A stretch of 52,162 nt of DNA, the filler included, from Sphacelaria rigidula (Eukaryota): the NCBI GenBank assembly GCA_964200075.2. It is 3 parts of 3 records of this genome, joined end to end, with 100 filler letters (N's around TTAATTAATTAA, not from the genome) between each part and the next. Parts side by side here need not be neighbours in the genome. Positions count along the whole stretch, not along the records: positions 1 to 17,321 come from CAXNAA020001111.1; 2 more parts are not named here. One strand, written 5' to 3'. Below the pieces are notes generated by a model that saw only the letters and a program-made list of their open reading frames with translations, was not told the origin of the DNA and searched no databases. A program made the translations under genes and the position numbers. Positions 1-12,426 of this stretch are shown piece by piece (within the stretch, counting starts at the first letter, position 1; each line of letters starts with the position of its first letter).

Positions 1-2110
1 CCTCTGCAACGAGAGGCGGGCTCTGTACGGCAAGGGATGCATATGTGCTCCACACTACGTCCACGAACTTAACGCGTGGTGGCGACTCGAATCGGTGTAA
101 GATCGTACCGCGCGTACTCGTATGGACTCAGGCGAATGTAGCGCCCAGCGTGGGATGTAGAGCTTTCTTCGCTTTTTACCTGGTAGTAGCAAATTCATGA
201 GTAGGGCCACACTGCGTGCATTTTGCAAGAGGGTTTGAAACAGGCACCGCCGGTTATGGTGGATAACGCGCCCCCGGCGATGCGTCGCTCAAGCTTGATA
301 TGCTCAACGGCAAAACGCCCACGCCAGCGCAAGACCTGTAAATAGGCTGATCTCGACAAATTCAATTCGAGTGTACGCGTAAAAGTCCTCGTTACCGGCG
401 CCGTCGTCGCCCGAGACACTCGAGGCTTTAGAACATGTGCTTCAGCTGGGCGGGGGTGGGAGAGATTGGATGATCCCCCTCAGTGTGCGGCCGCTTTCTA
501 CGAAGCAGTTGACGGCAAAACATTAGCAGGCCAAACTCAGAAGTTGTTGAGATTCCCTAGAGATTCGGAATATGGGGTGTTCGAGGGATTTTTAAGCATA
601 CGTCAGAGACTGTAAGTCGCTATGTGCGTGCTCTTACTCTCGCATATTTTGCTCTGTCGTACCTGTGTGTTGAACGTGAATTGGCTGTGTGTTGAACGTG
701 GATTGGCAGGTGTCCAGTCTGCGATGGTTGCTGGGGCCTGCTGTTGATATCAACAAGGTGACGTTTCGCGACGCGTACGCGGCAGTTTTTACCGCAAGGC
801 GGTGAAACCATTCAGTCTAACTGCGTTTAGTGAAGATCGTGTTTGCCGGCGGGAGGGGGCAAAGGACGAGAGTTCCATCACTGTATTTCCAACTCCTTGA
901 GGGTTTCTGGTTCCCGCGATACACTGAGATCCAAAAAAAAAGCGTACATAGCACAAGCCTTTGACGTCTCGGTCATGCGGTAGTTGCAATGATGAATTTT
1001 GAGTTGTCGTGTTTCGGTCGATCGTTCTGATGTCTAGAGTTTCGCTGTTAGGCCATCGGTATGAGCCTTATCTGGGATATTGACGTGTGATCCGGAGCTA
1101 CAGGACGATCGGAGTGTGAACCGAGACTGTGCTTCGTCTCTGCCTCAGCACGAGTCAACAAGCGCTGGGGTCGCATAGTTCACACCAAGATATGGGAAAT
1201 GCGTCCCGCACTAGTGCTCTTCTCTGACCGCGGATAATATTTGATAAAGTGTCTGAGATGTTGCACTCAAGGACTAGAGGTGAGCAGATTTGGGCATCCT
1301 TGGTATCCCCTCGGTTGGTCCTTTTTGACTGCCTGGGCGTTGTACAGCCTTGTCGTTTTCCAGAGGTTGCAATCTGAGCGGGCGGGTGATGCTCTCCTAA
1401 CATGGTAACGCTGGTGCACTGCTTGTAGCATTCACTTTCTATATTATTTTGCTTCGCACTTCCTCCGTGTTGTTGACCCTTTCGCGACCTTTACTTTTTC
1501 ATGCGCAATGATTCAGACGATGGCGTATCTGACCGTTTGTTTGTGGCCGAGTCAGTGTACAAAAATGGCCAACGAGTTCTTTCGCGTCATGAAAAAAACG
1601 TGACTTGACTCAGCTTCCGGCGTTTCACCCGAAAACACGCAGTATCGCCAGTTTTTGTACACATGTGCCGCAAGAAAAAACGGAAGGACACTGCAGAGAT
1701 GGTGATGGTGCCCAGCATAGCCGCAAAGTCGCAAGTATTCCAGCAGAGCTATCCTGTACTCTGAGCTGGTCCCAAACGGCAAGCTCTGCTTGCTTGTCTC
1801 TACTCACGTGGACGTCAACTGTTGTTGGTCGTAGTTGCCGGTTCTGGCCACTTTCGTGTTTTTTCGTGGCCCCTATCGATGGCCTACCCTCCCAGCATGG
1901 CGTAGTGGTGGTCATGCGGGTTATGCCACACCCATCCATAATGACAACGTTGAGCTTGTTTCCCCATGAAAAACCTCGCTGCCCACCGTGGCCTGAATTA
2001 GCCGGAAAAAAAAACGTATTATCCTTTCTAGTCACCTTCTCTTGGTTTTATTCTGCAGGTGTAGTTACGGGAGATCACATGTGTGTGTGCTGTGTGTGTT
2101 CGTTGTCCAG

Positions 2111-3822
2111 GTTCTTCGTCTCAAGCCGGAGCTGATGCTTTCCAACGTGGAGACGACCGTAGCCGCCAAGCTCCGACAGCTGCAAGAGCTGTTCCCGGAG
2201 GGAGATGTGGTGTCCATGGTGGAGAGCGATCCCTCAGTGACGATGTACGACTACGAAAACAACATCAACGTGAAGGTGAACTATTTCTGTCATTGTATGC
2301 AGGAGCCCTTTCTCAGCGCCCTGGTTGTTTTCGGACGCCAGTTGGACTGGACGGACGTTCGGGTGGGAGGGGGTTCGGAATAGCTGCTGGCCAGTGTTGT
2401 TGACGAGGAATAATGCATTTTGACAAGCACCTGTCAGCGCCGACGTCACCTCCTATTGGCGTCGATCTAAGCCTAAGCGATGGCAGTGGATCGTTCTCTC
2501 TCGTACGGGCGATTTGGCAGGCGCGACTGGCAGCGCCCAGATTCTTGGTAGGGGTCCCAGGTATTCTGGATCATGGCAAAATATGTTCAAAGCTTGCCTT
2601 TACCGAGGATTTTGTTGTCAGGACGGATGCATCGGCCTTGAGGATACCTTTTGATTCCACCGTGAAGGGTTAGGTGCAAGGTAGGTTACTTTGAAGTGCG
2701 AACGCGTCAATATTTGAGTTTTTGTGTTGGCCGTTTCGGGTATGGTACACGGTTGCGTGTCGCTGAATGGAGAAGAAATCGTGTGGCTTCATTCACGACA
2801 ACGTGGAACAAGAGCGTCGACGTTCACGTTAGCTTCTGCCTTCCCCGTGGAGTGCGAATGCTATGATTGTGATCGAGCTTTCCCACCTCCATGTTGTCAT
2901 GATCTACTTCACCGCAAGCAACAGAGGTGTGCGATAACACACACCCCTGGTTTGTTTTGCCGATGTCCCGTTGCTTGACACGCTCCATTTTGCGGGCATC
3001 GTAGCACTGATCTACGCTGTCAGAATACGCACCTCCTCATTTGTGGTCGTCGACCGTGGTTTGGATTGTGCAGGTCGAATGCTGGCGCCAGCGCGTTTCC
3101 AATGTCACTGAGCTGGACTCTCTTATTCAGCGGTACCCGAAGCTGTTGTCGGCCAGCTTTGACATGTCTATTTCCAGACTGGACTTTTTGATACAGGTAC
3201 GGTATGTGACAACTGGAGTGGTTTCCGAGGCTCACAGACTTTTTGTGAATTGTCATGTTTTATGGACAAAATACCAAAATATTGTGAATATCTGGTCGTC
3301 GGATAGGGACGGTCATGCAGGGTTGGTCGCACGGGGTAGGCTGCGTATCGATGTAAGCTGTAGAATCCGGCGGTGGTGTATTCGAGGATAAGTGTTTTTT
3401 GTCCCGTGTGTTTCGTCGTGTTTGGCCGGAGACAACTGTTTTTTGGACGAGCGGACAAAGCAGGGCGCGCTATGGTTGGCAGCTGCGTAAGTATATTTGG
3501 TGTCTTTTGCTATGATGCAATTGATTGATCGATTGATTGTCGCACATTAACTGATCACCGAGGGATCCAGCCATGGTCATTATCCACAAGGTAGACATGT
3601 TGGTTTTGTTTTTTCATCTCTTTTCCCGGTCCGTGCGCTTCTTTGCGGTATGTCCTTTCGTTATTCGTTCTGTGTGCCGGTTTCTTGTGGCTTGGCAACT
3701 GTTCTCGTTGCCGAGATGGTTGGTCACTTTTCAGATGCTTTTCACGTGCATTCGTATTTTGTTCTGATCTCGACCCGTACTGTTGTACTTCTTTTTGGAC
3801 CTCATTTGATGATGATGTTGTA

Positions 3823-3862
<40 letters not shown>

Positions 3863-3889
3863 GGTGATGGTGATAGTGATGGTGGTGAT

Positions 3890-3939
<50 letters not shown>

Positions 3940-4419
3940 CGTCGTCGCCCTTATCGTCGCCGTTGTTATCGATGTTTGAAAAAATATATACAAGCGCCGT
4001 GTCAAGATGTTGTAAGGTTGTATCATGCTGCTACTGGTGCCGCTGTCACTCTGCCTAATCGAGTGGTGGAGAGGTGGAGTGATTGTCGCGACATCAATGT
4101 ATCTGCTACGGATGCAGCCGTGAGTACAAGACAGACCTACCCAAGATGAAACACACGGAAACCCTCGCGAGAAGACAGATGAAGAAAAAAGTGTTGTCTG
4201 TTTTACGTACCTTGTTTTCGTTTGGTTCCCTCGTGATGCTTTTTGTTTTCGCTGTTGCTGTTTCAGACTAACGGCACGGACTTGCATACAGGAACTCTAA
4301 GGGCCGCGGTAAGATGCGCTCGAAGAGATTGGGACAACACTTACGGCGACAAGTATCGGTCAGTCCCTTGCAAACAAGCGCATCACTACGAGTAGTACCA
4401 GGGGGAGGGGGACGGGAAA

Positions 4420-4460
<41 letters not shown>

Positions 4461-6354
4461 CACGTGCACGAATAACATTCGCCAAAGAGAAGTGTCGATA
4501 TACGTAAAGCCCGGGGCAATGTGTTTCAGGATCATTTGCTTCCTCAAAGGGTGGTAGTACGTGAAGTGCTGATCCACAGGTTTGCAAAGACTTGCCCTGT
4601 CGTGACTTTTTCGGTATACCGACCCGTCTGGTTTCCTTATTTGGCCTTTTTGGCCTCTTATGGCCTGCCTACCACATAACCGACGTTTTTTTCCCATCAT
4701 TTTTGTTTGTTCTTTTGAGTCGTACATATACTTCGTATATATTCGGTTTATTTGCTGAAGAAGTGTGTGTGGAATCCCGTCCTGCGGGTCTCCGTTTTCA
4801 TGTTCGTGGGCGATGTATTCATCTTTTCCCTTGTATTCTGTCTGTTTGTGCCATGGCTATGTGATCACGGGCGCTAGATTTCTGGAAAAAGGCTCAAGTG
4901 AGGAACAACAAGAAGTGTGTGTATGTTTGGACTTATCCATCCATAGGACACAAGGATCGTCTGTAGGGATGTCAGTACCCGTGTATCGGGTTCGTGACCT
5001 ATTTATCCATCGCGAGGCGGTTGTGCATACGCGTTGACGAATGTGTCATTCCAGCGAGTGCGGTCAGGCACATTCCAAGCGCACTGCCGAAGTGAGTGTC
5101 GAAGCAGCAACGCATTTTGTTTGCTCGGGTACAAGGGTTTCCGCCGATACCTCAGACAGCTTGGTTCGGATTACTCTCGTTGGATTTTTTATTCTTTCTC
5201 GCAGAATGTTCCTGGAGCGCCGTGTGGCGGGACCGAAGGCTTTAAGGTTATGGCCCGGGCTTTACTTTGACAGTGACGCGGATGGCACCGTGAGAGAGGA
5301 GGGGAGGATGGCTGTCTCCCTCAAGGTTCGATGCATGCACCGTGCTCCAGCGACTGCTCGCCTCCGCTGTGCCTTCAATGGTGCCGAATTTCTCTTTTAG
5401 TTTGCATTTCATTTTCAGAGTTCTGTAGTCCATGGCAAAAATGTTTATTGGTCTTAAAGCTGGGTTTAGGTTTATGCTGCATCCGCTTGTCATGAACTCC
5501 AGTAGTCTTGGTTTAGGCCATGTGTCGTGATTTCGTTTTCTACATTCTGTTGCCTCCGCCAGCCGAAGCACGGCACTCTGTGCGTTGAGCATCTTCAGTG
5601 TGTTTGACTCTGAAGTGAGCGACACCTGCCCTTGGGGCGTCTCTTGTTGGTTCGATACTTGAGTGCACTGCGTGCTTACTGCTTGTTCTCGCACACGGTG
5701 GCTTAGGTGGCGTATTTATGCATCAGACTATCGCTTTTGTTGTTGATTCCCCGTTTGCCATTTTCATGTCTACGAGTGACAAAAGGGGATGAAATTTCTA
5801 TCGCAGGTCTTACTCCGTGAGGAATGTTTGGGTTCGAAAGCTGGCAGTTGCAGCACCTGTTCGTTTGATATGGTCCCTTCTGTATCATCTTGTAGTGTTC
5901 CTCTGGATGTTTGATTCATGTGTTATTCTCCAGTGTTTCTCTAGGCGACAGCAGAGGCAGCAAGTGGTGTCTGCCGTTTTTTACGCTCAGACATTCATGC
6001 CGGCATGCACAGTGGTGATTTTTGTATGCCGCTTCCTGTTGTTTCGAATCTTGCTCCATAGGTGACGGGTAGTGGTGTTCAAATATCGTCGTAATGCATG
6101 TAGGACAAGTTTTGTGATGCCAGTTGTTTAGCCATGCTTCACACGACGACGTTTCTTGTGTCCTGGTTGTGAAATCATCCACGCAGAATTGCTCTCCTTC
6201 TCAGTTCACCTTTAGTGTTCATTTGTCATCTCAGGGACGTTTTCTGCTGAATGCCGTTGCCATTATTTGCAGAACAACGGAACGACGATTGTGGACTTTG
6301 AGGCGTCGAACGCTGCAGCAACTGCGCACATCAAGGCGCTTGAGAAAAAATACG
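2111..6354 (+). CDS. mTERF-like helical-repeat protein A (5' part upstream or unresolved), multi-exon
   Basis: AG/GT-bounded, phase-compatible exons 2111-2275, 3074-3196, 4267-4358, 4878-4914 and 6273-6354. They join to VLRLKPELMLSNVETTVAAKLRQLQELFPEGDVVSMVESDPSVTMYDYENNINVK-VECWRQRVSNVTELDSLIQRYPKLLSASFDMSISRLDFLIQ-TNGTD...KYR-FLEKGSSEEQQE-NNGTT...ALEKKY. The recurring 'l...P.lL' and 'RldFL' pattern is typical of mTERF-like repeats. Further exons at 6451-6643 and 7766-7856 (stop) are phase-compatible but weak. Confidence 0.65.
3521..3595 (-). mobile_element. 3' end of RTE-type LINE with (AATC)n tail
   Basis: The reverse complement TGTGGATAATGACCATGGCTGGATCCCTCGGTGATCAGTTAATGTGCGACAATCAATC matches the LINE 3' end at about 23435-23494. 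Confidence 0.7.
3823..3947. repeat. compound (AGT)n/(GGT)n/(GTC)n microsatellite
   Basis: Directly visible. It accounts for the poly-S/V/T/L ORFs in the ORF track. Confidence 0.95.
4419..4459. repeat. poly-G tract
   Basis: About 40 consecutive G. Confidence 0.95.
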
Positions 6355-6864
6355 GTACCAGCATTAAGGTGCAGTGATGGCACAGCTTCGCGCACCGTGA
6401 GCTACGAGAAATACCACTTCCGTTGATATTTTCAACATTTACCTGGGCAGGCAAGGACGAGTACGGCCAAAAGACCCCGGCAAAATGCAGGCATCTTGAC
6501 CAGAGCTTCCCAACCACACAAGTGTCGGCGCCAGTAGTTCCGCCGCCTTCAAGCAATATTTCACCTTCTGTTTCGTTTTTTCCCTCCTGGACATTGTTAT
6601 TCCCTGCAATCTTCTTGTGCCCTATATGTTCTGTTCAAATACGGTAAGTGACTGTCACCTCCACCGCCGAATTGATGTTGTACCTTGTTTGGTCCAACAT
6701 CTTTTGAAGATGAAAGCGACTTGCTGCATCCTCGAGTTTTATTGCCCCCGGCCTCTCCTCCCCCTGTGCTCTCTCTGTCTTGATAGGTAGATTTTCTACT
6801 CCTTTGTCGCCGCTGGGTTTTTCCGTGACGCGCATGTAGTGTTGGATGACGTATTATTTTCCCA

Positions 6865-6870
6865 TGCTGC

Positions 6871-6902
<32 letters not shown>

Positions 6903-6908
6903 ATGATG
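6865..6908. repeat. (GCT)n(GAT)n microsatellite
   Basis: Directly visible. Confidence 0.95.
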
Positions 6909-7192
6909 GTGACTTTGATGACGGTGATTTCATATTGTACAGGAGGCACAGCTTCGCTTCAGCTCTGCCTTGAGGCAAGGCAAGCGTGGGGCGGCGCCCT
7001 CTGAAGTAGACATGGTGCTTTACGACATCAAGACCTTCGATCAACAGGTATGACTGTTGAATCTGTGTGAGCGTACACTTATCGTGAACTTCATCACTCC
7101 CCACACCAAGATCAAGCAATGTTCAGCCTCAAATCAAGGTCGAGACATTTCAATGCACATAGGCAATAGCTGTAAAATACCGTAGATACAAA

Positions 7193-7340
7193 CCGTCTCG
7201 CCCCCGCGTTCGAACTGGTACGTGGCCGGCCTGACTGGGGTGAACAGCGAGCGGGTTCGAATCCCGACGGCGGTGATTCATGTTACTGTTTTTTCGCCGT
7301 GAAAAGCATGAGGGCGTGAGCAAATCAAAATGTTCCACGG
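7193..7340 (+). mobile_element. possible tRNA-derived SINE head (second family)
   Basis: Canonical B-box GGGTTCGAATCCC (about 7252-7265), with ACCGTC...GACGGCGGT able to pair like an acceptor stem. There is no complete cloverleaf. Confidence 0.4.
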
Positions 7341-8639
7341 GACTCCATGGGCGACAGGAGGGATCGTCATTCAGGGCTCGATGCTCGATATCAAATTGTG
7401 AGGGCGGTATCACTGGAGGGATGGATTGATCTGTTGGGTTTGCGGACTCGTCCCGAGGAGGGGAGGGGGCGGGCGGGCGAGCGAGGGGTGGATAGGTGGG
7501 GGGGTAACCATATATTACGGGAAAGATAACGCCAGTGTCAGCATGTGTGAACCGTGCTTCCACATAAAACATGGATGGATTTTCCACATTCCACGCCATC
7601 ATTTTCCCGTCATTTCGAGCAGATATTTCGCGTGTTTTTTTGGAGGGACCATTGTTCCATTTTGCCTGTGTTTTATTTTTCATTCTGGCTACAAGCATAA
7701 CTTGCGTGTGGAATGAGCTGTCCACGCACTTCTTCGCCCTCTGATTTCTTCATCTGTTTGGCCAGAGGCAAGTGGGTACCATCTCAGGAACCCACTTCTC
7801 CATACGCACCTCTTTCCACAGGCTCGCTCAACCTCAAGTCTATCCCTAACACTTAGCCCCAATTAAGGTAGGCCGTTAACCGCCAGAAAGCGGTGCAGTA
7901 GAGCCCATCCCAACTCGTCGCCAAACTGCCATGCTCGAAGCGTACTTGGTTGTGGCGAGGACACTGACTTTTGGATCTTCAGCGGGGTTGAACAGTCCCG
8001 AATGGTCGCCGCGGTCGCATGGTTCAAGCTCTGCCGACGCACACTTTGCTTAGGACACCCTCTGAACATTTCACAGCGCAAGGGATCTCGGTCGACCTTG
8101 GGTTGGGATTTTGAAGGTGCACTTACGATTGCGGTCTAACAGAAACAAGGACGTGTTGAAACATATTTTTTTTGTGACAGGTCAAGGTGAAATCGCCTCG
8201 GGCAAGCAGTGCAGTACTCAGTATCGTCAAGGTGTTACCTCTGGCTGGTGTTCGGTAGAAACGTCGCCGGGTTTACTATTAAAAACACCTGGTACAAACT
8301 TTTGATGCGCTGGTGAAGGAAAACGGTGGTATTGGCTGGTACGGACGCCACCCCGCCGTATACAGTGGCCCTGCATCCCAACAAACCCCGAAGAGCGTAC
8401 GGAGATGGCTACAACGAGAGCAGGCGCCTGATATTTATTGTGGGTATATTCTGCACAGGACTGCTGTGGTGGTTTGTGTTTATGTTTTCTCAGAGGTGTA
8501 TGTTTGATGTCATGTAGCGTAGTCGTTAGATTTGAATCTGTTTGTCTACCCTTCATGGTAGCTTTTCATTCATACCCGCGGTCGATTTACAGAAGACTCC
8601 AAACTTCGTTGCACGCTAAAAGCAGGTTGTTGATATTAT

Positions 8640-10532
8640 CGTTGTGCTCCGTAGGGTACGATTTTTTTTGTATACCCGGGGTATTCCCCCGGGTATTCAC
8701 CCTACCGGACAGTTTCGTGTCTAATGCAAGACTTTCATACCGTTACCCGACAGTTCTGTAATCTCTGATGTTTATACCCTCACCCGATCGTGCTGTTGGT
8801 TCTGTAAGCTTGCCGTGACCTCATCGGGGGCACGGGTATACCCTTGTAAAAGTACCGGGATAGGGGTACGGTTTTCTGTACAGCATCTGTACCGTACCCG
8901 ACAGGTTCTGTGAGTTCTGTAAGCCTCCCATACCCTTACCCGATAGTTTTGTGAGTTTTGCACAGCATATTTACCCTTACCCGGGGCGCGGGTATGCCCT
9001 TGAAGAAATACCCTGTTGCCGGTGCGGTTTTCTGTCGGTCTCCCGTACCCTACCCGACAAGTCCTGTAATTTCTGTAAGACTTTCATACCAGTACCCTAC
9101 AGTTTTGTAAATCCTGTATGACTTTCATACCCCTACCCGACAGCTCTGTATGCTCTGTAAGCCTCCCATACCCGAACCCGAGGATAGCGTAAACTGTTAT
9201 AGATATACCCGATGGCAGGTACGAGCACAGATAGATACCCCGGGGAGCTACGGATATTGGTTCAACCCAAACGCAACCTCATGACCGGAATGTTTACCCC
9301 AACCTCCCATCAATCAACCCACCCTCGCTCAACACCGCACACCCACAAAATTTCAAAATTGTAAAGTTTGTAATCTGACGGGTTACGAAGAACTGTCGAG
9401 TGGAAACACGAAACGTGAGTAGTGCTGCAGACCGTCAGGTTGGATCACCCCCAGACTCGAGTGGTGGCTTGAGCGAGGGCGGTTCATTTGTGTCACTAGG
9501 GGGATCAACTTGCGAAGCGCAGGTTACCGACGTTGATGGTGGTTGTGTCGAGCTTATTAAACCCCAGGGCGTTTACGACACGAAGGGTAACGTGTTTGAG
9601 CTGCCACCGTAGGTGCCGAAGGGCTCCCGGAGTACGGGCAGCCGTGAAAGCTCCCTTATGAACGCTTTTGGAGTCGACGTGAAGCTGGTAGAAGTTGACA
9701 ATCCCCGTCATACGTACTACTGCGTGGCAAGTTCTTCCTGCCGCAAGACGATAACGGTCATTCCTTGGAAGGAAGGCGACCGCAGCAACATGAACAGCCA
9801 CCACAAGAGCAAGCGCCAAGGCTACATGGGGGAACCCTTAGTGTGGCATGCCATTTGCCTACTACATCAAGGCTACACGAAATGACATTAGTGTGGTGTT
9901 TCATTCGTACATCCGGGGTACTCAACCGGGTATTACCCGTGTACTCGACGGTTCTGTGACTTCTGTGAGCCGACCATACCCGTGTCCGGAGCACCGGTAT
10001 ACCTTTCATTGAACATCCGGATAAGGGTAAGGTTTTCTGTACAGCATCCATACCCTTACCTAACACTTCTATAGCTCCTGGAACACTTTCATGTCCTTAG
10101 CCGATAGTTCTGTGAGTTCTGTGAGTTCTGTAAGCCTCCGGTACCGTTACCGGAGGCACGGGTGTTCTTTTTACAAGATATCTCGGTTGGGGGTACGATT
10201 TTCTGTGTAACCTCTATACTCTACCCGACAATTTTCTGTGAGTTCTGCAATCCTCCCATACCTTTACCCGACAGTTGTGTGAGTTCTGTACAGATCTTTG
10301 ACCGTTACCCGAGGCACGGGTACATGCTTGAAAAAGTACCCAGTTGCGGGTACGAGTTTCTGAACATTATTCATACCCTACCCGACAGGTTTGTGAGTTC
10401 TGGAAGCCTCTCATACCCTACACGACGAATTCTGTAACTTTGAGACTTTTATACCAGTACCGGATATTTCTGCAAATTCTGTAAGGAGTATCATACCCTA
10501 CAGAACATACTCGTACCCTACAGAACACCACC
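8640..10532 (+). mobile_element. non-autonomous TIR DNA transposon with BED-finger remnant, dense subterminal repeats and 10-bp TSD
   Basis: Imperfect TIRs CGTTGTGCTCCGTAGGGTACGA (8640-8661) and TCGTACCCTACAGAACACCACC (10511-10532). Flanks TTGATATTAT (8630-8639) and TTGACATTAT (10533-10542). Many copies of TACCCTTACCCGACAGTTCTGTGAGTTCTGTAAG in both arms. Confidence 0.75.
9400..9885 (+). pseudogene. transposase N-terminal fragment with BED-type zinc finger
   Basis: One frame interrupted by a single TAG (9610-9612). YYCVASSSCRK...GDRSNMNSHHKSK resembles the BED C..C...tSNl..HL...H pattern. No DDE domain is present. Confidence 0.5.
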
Positions 10533-10590
10533 TTGACATTATGTATGATCTGTTCTGTGCAACATGTGCAATATTTGAACTGCAATGTAG

Positions 10591-12283
10591 GTTCGGAAGC
10601 TTGCAACGGGCCAGCGACTCAAGAAATTCAGACAACTGCTGCCAGGACTCAACACGGATCGCCTCTTCACCGACTATCCCAATGTTCTGATGTTGGACCT
10701 GAAAAAGGTACCGTACCACCGTCGTGAGATCGGAGCCGTTAAGGTAAATTGTAAATTTTATTCAGCTATCCCGGTTTCGCTTGTGATGAGACAGAATAAG
10801 TTACGTGCAGTACTGCTATTTGTGAGGATATAGAAAAGATGCAGTACTGCATCTACTCTCCTGATTTTTTGTTATGGTGGTATTTTAATTTCTTGTAAAT
10901 TGCACTTTATAAGCGTTTTATTTTGAATCCTAAGATACATAAATCGTCCGAAGTCGGATAACATCTGCAGCGTTGTACTCTCCTGGAAAAGGAATCATAC
11001 GATGGAAAGAAGTGAGGTGCTACCACCGTGAGACGAGGTGAGGTACTATACTTCAATACCAACCTACTTGAATGCGCTCAGTACGTTCCAACCATCCTGT
11101 TGGACTGAATGAGGTACTACGATAGTGCTCTTTTTGTGCTGATGAGAAGAGGATGTTGTCTGTGCGGGTACCGTGTATACCCCGACGCGGATCGTGTGGT
11201 TCCCGTCATGATAAAGAAGACAAGACGTAAGGTTGATGTCTTGAGTAGTTGAAGGTAAAGGTGTGCGCTGCGAGAAACACAGAACCATATTGGCAAAACA
11301 GTTCTTGTTGGGCTGGAGCTAAAGCTGAAGTCGCTGCCCGGGTAGTATCGAACACAAAGGAATCCCATTATGTGCATTTCGTCGATGGAAGGTATGATTT
11401 GCCGCAATTATATATACATGGAACAGACAGGCGGTTCGGTCGCCACTCACGCTGTGGTTTTCGACATAGCTCGGAGCGATACAAATCTGCTCAATCACGT
11501 CAAACCAGTGCGCCCTTGTTCATGAACCAAACGAGCTAACACGCCTGGGGAACTGATTGGTACCTGTCATTTTTCAAGCAACGAAATGAGTATGCCTTTT
11601 GTTTTTGACTTCGATACGTTGTGTACCTTTTGTCCACCGTTTTTGTTCTTCGTACTTCGTCAAATTGCCGAAAGGTGGTAGAGCTGCGACAGCTCCACCC
11701 CGCCTGTACCCGAGTTTCGACTTTCCGCGTTCAACACTGTACTGCAAGAAACACTGTACTGCAAGAAACACTGGTCCTTGGAACGAAACCAAAAAGCAAA
11801 GGTTGCATGCGCTGCTTGCCAACAGCACGGAGTCAACCTTGAGTTACCGTACTGTAGCGGATTGTTCGAAACGCCTTCCACTGCGAGGGGGCTTCTTGCT
11901 TTACCCACTAAAAGGAAATCATTTTATCGACCAATTTTTCGTACTTGCTTGTGGAGCAGGTGGAAGAAAGGGCCGTGGGACTGCGAGAGCTTTTGGCAGG
12001 GGGTGACGTGTCAAGCGCCGTCTCTGCCGTGCCGCAGCTGCTTCTGAACGACGTTCAAACATGCTTGCGTCCACGCATGACCCGCTTAGTCGTGGCCCTG
12101 ACGGTTAACCAATTGGAGGGAGTGCTTGACGCCGACAAGGTGACGTTGTTGTTCCCTAGATCATGCACACACGTACATACGCATCTGCACATACGTCGCT
12201 GGTATGTACCCAAAATAAGACTACGCATGCTGCAGAACAAATTGAGTGTCCGGCGGCTCCTTTTTATAATAATGATAATGATA

Positions 12284-12318
<35 letters not shown>

Positions 12319-12354
12319 AATGATAATTATTATTATTATTAATAATATGTTGTT

Positions 12355-12426
<72 letters not shown>

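Noticed and set aside
1..430. coding-like GC-rich fragment
   Set aside because: Stops occur in every plausible frame and there is no identifiable motif, so it was left unannotated.
3650..4727. poly-S/V/T/P ORFs
   Set aside because: Artefacts of microsatellites and the poly-G tract.
11249..11395. Tudor/chromo-barrel-like peptide (ARVVSNTKESHYVHFVDG)
   Set aside because: Too short, and it cannot be fitted into the phase-0 exon chain of the surrounding gene.
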